Below are positions 60,524-64,000 of a stretch of 64,000 nt of DNA, piece by piece; within the stretch, counting starts at the first letter, position 1; each line of letters opens with the position of its first letter. The translations under genes were made by a program, and so were the position numbers. This DNA comes from Nannocystales bacterium (GTDB lineage Bacteria; Myxococcota_A; Polyangia; Nannocystales; Nannocystaceae), in contig JBOEGF010000006.1 of NCBI GenBank assembly GCA_050633305.1, positions 1 through 64,000 on the forward strand, in the 5' to 3' direction. The notes under the pieces are model-generated. The model worked only from the letters and a program-made list of their open reading frames with translations. It was not told the DNA's origin and ran no database searches.

Positions 60524-61009
60524 TCAGCGTTGGCCGGTGCTGCCAAAGCCGCCTTCGCGGATGGCCGCCCCACCCTGCGCGGTTGGCTCAGGCAAGTCGT
60601 CACGCTCGCTGAACTCGCACGGGATCACCGCAGACAGAACCAGCTGGGCGATCCGATCACCATGCGTCACCGTGAACGGTTGCCCACCGTGATTGATCAA
60701 CAACACCTTCAACTCTCCCCGGTAGTCGGCATCGATCGTCCCGGGTGAATTGAGGACCGTGACCCCGTGTTTCCACGCCCAACCGGACCGCGGGCGCACC
60801 TGGGCTTCGTGCCCTTCGGGAAGTGCCATTGCCAGACCCGTCGAAACGGCGACGCGCCCCCCGGGCAAGAGCTCGAGTGGCGCGTCCAAACACGCAAACA
60901 GGTCGTGGCCTGCAGCATGTGCGGTCATGCGACGTGGGAGTTGGGCCTTCGGGTGGAGCCGACGCACAAACGCCGTCTCGGTCTTGCTCCCCTCCCCCAT
61001 CGCGACCAC
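60524..61009 (-). CDS. dut: dUTP diphosphatase
   Basis: [41 protein letters not shown]. Confidence 0.95.
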   Translation of the reverse strand: MVAMGEGSKTETAFVRRLHPKAQLPRRMTAHAAGHDLFACLDAPLELLPGGRVAVSTGLAMALPEGHEAQVRPRSGWAWKHGVTVLNSPGTIDADYRGELKVLLINHGGQPFTVTHGDRIAQLVLSAVIPCEFSERDDLPEPTAQGGAAIREGGFGSTGQR

Positions 61010-61024
61010 GAGTGTCCGACCTGG

Positions 61025-63130
61025 CTAGGCCCGCATGTTGAGGACCTCGCTCGGGTCTACCCCGAACGCGGCCTTCCGGCTGAGACGAATCTTGCCGGTG
61101 GGGTCGATGTTGAGCACCTTGACGATGACTTCGTCGCCCTCGCTGAGGATGTCGGCAACCTTCTCGACCCGCTTGTTCTCCAGCTCGGAGATGTGCACGA
61201 GTCCGTCGGTACCCGGCAGGACCTCGACGAATGCACCGAAGTCGACCACGCGGGTGACAACGCCCTGGTAGACGGCACCGATCTCGGCTTCGGCGGTCAG
61301 GCCTTCGATGAGGCGCTTGGCGGAAGCGATCGACTCGGGATTGTCCGAAGCGATCGTCACACGGCCGTGGTCATCGACGTTGATCTGCGCACCGGACTGC
61401 TCCGTGATGGCGCGGATCATCTTGCCTCCGGGGCCGATGATGTCGCGGATGCGGTCGACCTTGACCTGAACGGTCTCGATGCGCGGCGCGTAGCGGGACA
61501 CGTCGTCCTTGTGCGTCGGCATGATCTTGTTCATCTCGGTGAGGATGTGCAGCCGGGCCTCGCGGGCCTGGTCGAGCGCGTCCTCGAGGATCTTGCGGGT
61601 CAGGCCCTGGACCTTGATGTCCATCTGAAGGGCGGTGATGCCCTCCTCGGTCCCGGTGACCTTGAAGTCCATGTCGCCGAGGTGGTCCTCGTCGCCGAGG
61701 ATGTCGGTGAGGACGGCGATCTTGTCACCGACCTGCATCAGGCCCATCGCGATACCGGCGACGGGCGCCTTGAGGGGCACACCAGCGTCCATCATCGCGA
61801 TCGAGCCGCCGCACACCGAAGCCATCGACGAGGAGCCGTTGGACTCCATGATGTCCGAGACGACGCGGATCGTGTACGGGAAGTCCTCGAGCGAGGGCAG
61901 TACGGGCTTGAGCGCGCGCTCTGCCAATGCACCGTGGCCGGTCTCGCGACGGGAGGTGCCGCGAATGGGACGGACTTCGCCGGTGCAGTACGGGGGGAAG
62001 TTGTAGTGCAGCAGGAAGTGCCGACGGACGTCGCCACGCAGGGTGTCGAGGCGCTGGGCGTCGTACTCGGTGCCGAGCGTACAAGTGGCGTACGCCTGGG
62101 TTTCACCGCGCTGGAAGAACGCGGAGCCGTGGGGACGCTCGAACGGGTGCGGGTTGATCCACAGCGGACGCACGTCGCGGGTACCACGACCGTCGAGGCG
62201 CTTGCCCGTGTTGACGACCATGTTGCGGACGGTCTCTTTTTCGAGCTTCGCGAAACCCGAGGAGATGTCCTCGCCCTTGTCCGGGTGCGTCGCGAGGAAC
62301 TTCTCTTTGGTCTCGGCCTTGATGGCGGAGATGGCGGAGGAGCGCTCGTGCTTGCCGGCGATCTTGAGAGCTTCGACCAGCTTCGCCTCGGCGAACTTGC
62401 TGACCTCGGCCTGCAGCGCCTCGTCGACAGGAGGCGGGATGTACTCGCGCTTGGGCTTGCCGACCTTCTCCCGCAGACGGTGCTGCAGAGCGATGAGAGG
62501 CTGTGCCGACTCTTGGCCGAACATCAGGCCGTCGATCATGGCCGACTCTGACGCTGCGTTGGCTCCACCCTCCACCATCACGATGGCGTCGGAGTTGGCA
62601 CCCACCACAAGCGTGATGTCGGCCTCTTGGATCTGGGAGTAGGTCGGGAACGCGACCCACTTGCCACCGATGTGCGCGACGCGGACACCCGCGATGGGGC
62701 CGGCCCACGGCACGTCCGAGATCATGAGCGCGGCGGAGGCACCCGTGATGGACAGGACGTCAGGCTCGTTCTCCTTGTCGTGCGACAAGATGTTGGTGAT
62801 GACCTGCGTGTCGCAGCGGTACCCCTTGGGGAACAGCGGTCGAATCGGACGGTCGGTGACCCGGCACGTCAGGATTTCCTCGGTGGAGGGACGGCCCTCG
62901 CGCTTGAAGTAGCCGCCGGGGATCTTGCCAGCGGACGCCGCGGACTCCCGGTACTCGACCGTCAGCGGAAGGAAGGGAAGGTCCTTCGGCTTGGGTCCCG
63001 AGTTCGCGCTGACCAACACGGCGGTCTCGCCCACGCGGACGATGACGGCGTTGGTTTGCTTGGCGATTTTGCCGGTCTCGATGAAGATCTCGACATCTCC
63101 GACCTTGCAGGTTTCGATCGTTTCGTTCAT
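61025..63130 (-). CDS. pnp: Polyribonucleotide nucleotidyltransferase
   Basis: FLPLTVEYRE, GKIPGGYFKREGRP, HYNFPPY, ESNGSSSMAS, EDHLGDMDFKV, KH and S1 domains. Confidence 0.97.
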   Translation of the reverse strand: MNETIETCKVGDVEIFIETGKIAKQTNAVIVRVGETAVLVSANSGPKPKDLPFLPLTVEYRESAASAGKIPGGYFKREGRPSTEEILTCRVTDRPIRPLFPKGYRCDTQVITNILSHDKENEPDVLSITGASAALMISDVPWAGPIAGVRVAHIGGKWVAFPTYSQIQEADITLVVGANSDAIVMVEGGANAASESAMIDGLMFGQESAQPLIALQHRLREKVGKPKREYIPPPVDEALQAEVSKFAEAKLVEALKIAGKHERSSAISAIKAETKEKFLATHPDKGEDISSGFAKLEKETVRNMVVNTGKRLDGRGTRDVRPLWINPHPFERPHGSAFFQRGETQAYATCTLGTEYDAQRLDTLRGDVRRHFLLHYNFPPYCTGEVRPIRGTSRRETGHGALAERALKPVLPSLEDFPYTIRVVSDIMESNGSSSMASVCGGSIAMMDAGVPLKAPVAGIAMGLMQVGDKIAVLTDILGDEDHLGDMDFKVTGTEEGITALQMDIKVQGLTRKILEDALDQAREARLHILTEMNKIMPTHKDDVSRYAPRIETVQVKVDRIRDIIGPGGKMIRAITEQSGAQINVDDHGRVTIASDNPESIASAKRLIEGLTAEAEIGAVYQGVVTRVVDFGAFVEVLPGTDGLVHISELENKRVEKVADILSEGDEVIVKVLNIDPTGKIRLSRKAAFGVDPSEVLNMRA

Positions 63131-63319
63131 GGAATTCTTGCTCTTGAGGTTGGGTTCGCGTTGCCCGAGCCCAGGCATACCCAGCGGGGTGTGCCGTCTC
63201 CGAGGGCCAACGCAGGGGAAGACGCTCTGCCGCCCAAACGCACTCAGGGATCGGTCGACCCCCAAACGCGGCGAAGGGCGCAACCCATGGAGGGAAGCGC
63301 CCGACGTGCAGCAGCAGCG

Positions 63320-63589
63320 TTACTTTCGGATGTTGAGCTCCGCGATGACGGTGCGGTATCGCTCGATGTCCTTGCCTTTGACGTAGTCGAGAAGGCGACG
63401 ACGTCGTCCGACCAGCTTGAGGAGTCCACGTCGCGAGTGGAAGTCCTTGCGGTGCGTGCGGAAGTGGTCGGTCAGGTAGGTGATTCGCTTGCTCAGGAGC
63501 GCGATCTGGACCTCCGGGGAGCCGGTGTCTTGTTCGCTGCGTTTGAACTTGCCGACGATTTCGGCTTTGCGATCAGTAGAGAGAGCCAT
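63320..63589 (-). CDS. rpsO: 30S ribosomal protein uS15
   Basis: [34 protein letters not shown]; 89 aa. Confidence 0.98.
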   Translation of the reverse strand: MALSTDRKAEIVGKFKRSEQDTGSPEVQIALLSKRITYLTDHFRTHRKDFHSRRGLLKLVGRRRRLLDYVKGKDIERYRTVIAELNIRK

Positions 63590-63700
63590 AGTGCTGCTGT
63601 TGCTTACTCGAAGTCTTCGAGGTTGTGGGAGACGACGACCGTCTCCACTTGTTCGTCTAGTTCGGAGGTCGGCGCAGAATCCACGCGAGGCGCCGTGATG

Positions 63701-64000
63701 TCAAGGGGCAGCGGGTGAGTCGAAGGCAAGAGCTCTCAGGGTGCGCTGAACCCTCAGAACCGGGCCGGCTTGGCTCGGCTCGAACCGGCACAGAACGATG
63801 CCTGGGCCGGCACGAACCGCCAGCGGCCCCACGGGCGTGTGGTCCCGCAGAAGCGGATGGTCAGCCGGAATTGCCTGTCCAAACCCGACCCGACGCACGA
63901 TGTCCTCTCCGTGCGCACCTTGCGGCACATCGAAGACCGGTACGCCGAGGACTTCAACGGGGTCGTTCAGGGCGTCGAGCAACGCCTTCGCTTGCTGCTC
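63701..64000 (-). CDS. 3' end of a gene running off the window, possibly tRNA pseudouridine synthase TruB
   Basis: Frame open to the window edge; position upstream of rpsO and VGFGQAI resemble the TruB C-terminus. Called mostly from synteny. Confidence 0.4.
   Translation of the reverse strand, partial: EQQAKALLDALNDPVEVLGVPVFDVPQGAHGEDIVRRVGFGQAIPADHPLLRDHTPVGPLAVRAGPGIVLCRFEPSQAGPVLRVQRTLRALAFDSPAAP

Noticed and set aside
60767..62551. 594-aa plus-strand ORF
   Set aside because: Antisense shadow of pnp.

Overview
High-GC, densely coding core-chromosome window. Gene content (several PilZ proteins, Cys-rich VWA lipoproteins, an FHA-sigma54 activator, Ser/Thr kinase-like proteins, a cdaA-cdaR-glmM cluster) points to a myxobacterium, probably Nannocystaceae-like; this is inferred, not searched. 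Housekeeping genes are mostly on the minus strand: yfgM/bamB-like, era-der, tmk (+), yicC-gmk-rel, a GldAFG-like ABC system, folP-cdaA-cdaR-glmM-acpS-nnr, prfB (programmed +1 frameshift)-lolC/E-lolD-bamA-skp-skp-fabZ, purC/purF and rpsO-pnp-dut. No rRNA, tRNA, CRISPR array, transposase or prophage was seen. Most unusual items: a membrane-anchored pseudokinase carrying eight (R/K)GWT(M/V)F motifs in a disordered linker; a histone-like KKTAA repeat fused to a BCP peroxiredoxin; a long RelA/SpoT protein with an intact hydrolase but eroded synthetase motifs, followed by an unannotated 54-aa basic ORF; a bamA-skp-fabZ cluster with no lpxD/lpxA; an FHA-EBP lacking GAFTGA; a LolC/E with a large acidic insertion; and a three-copy palindromic intergenic repeat. 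Many start codons were moved from the ORF track by eye and are estimates.
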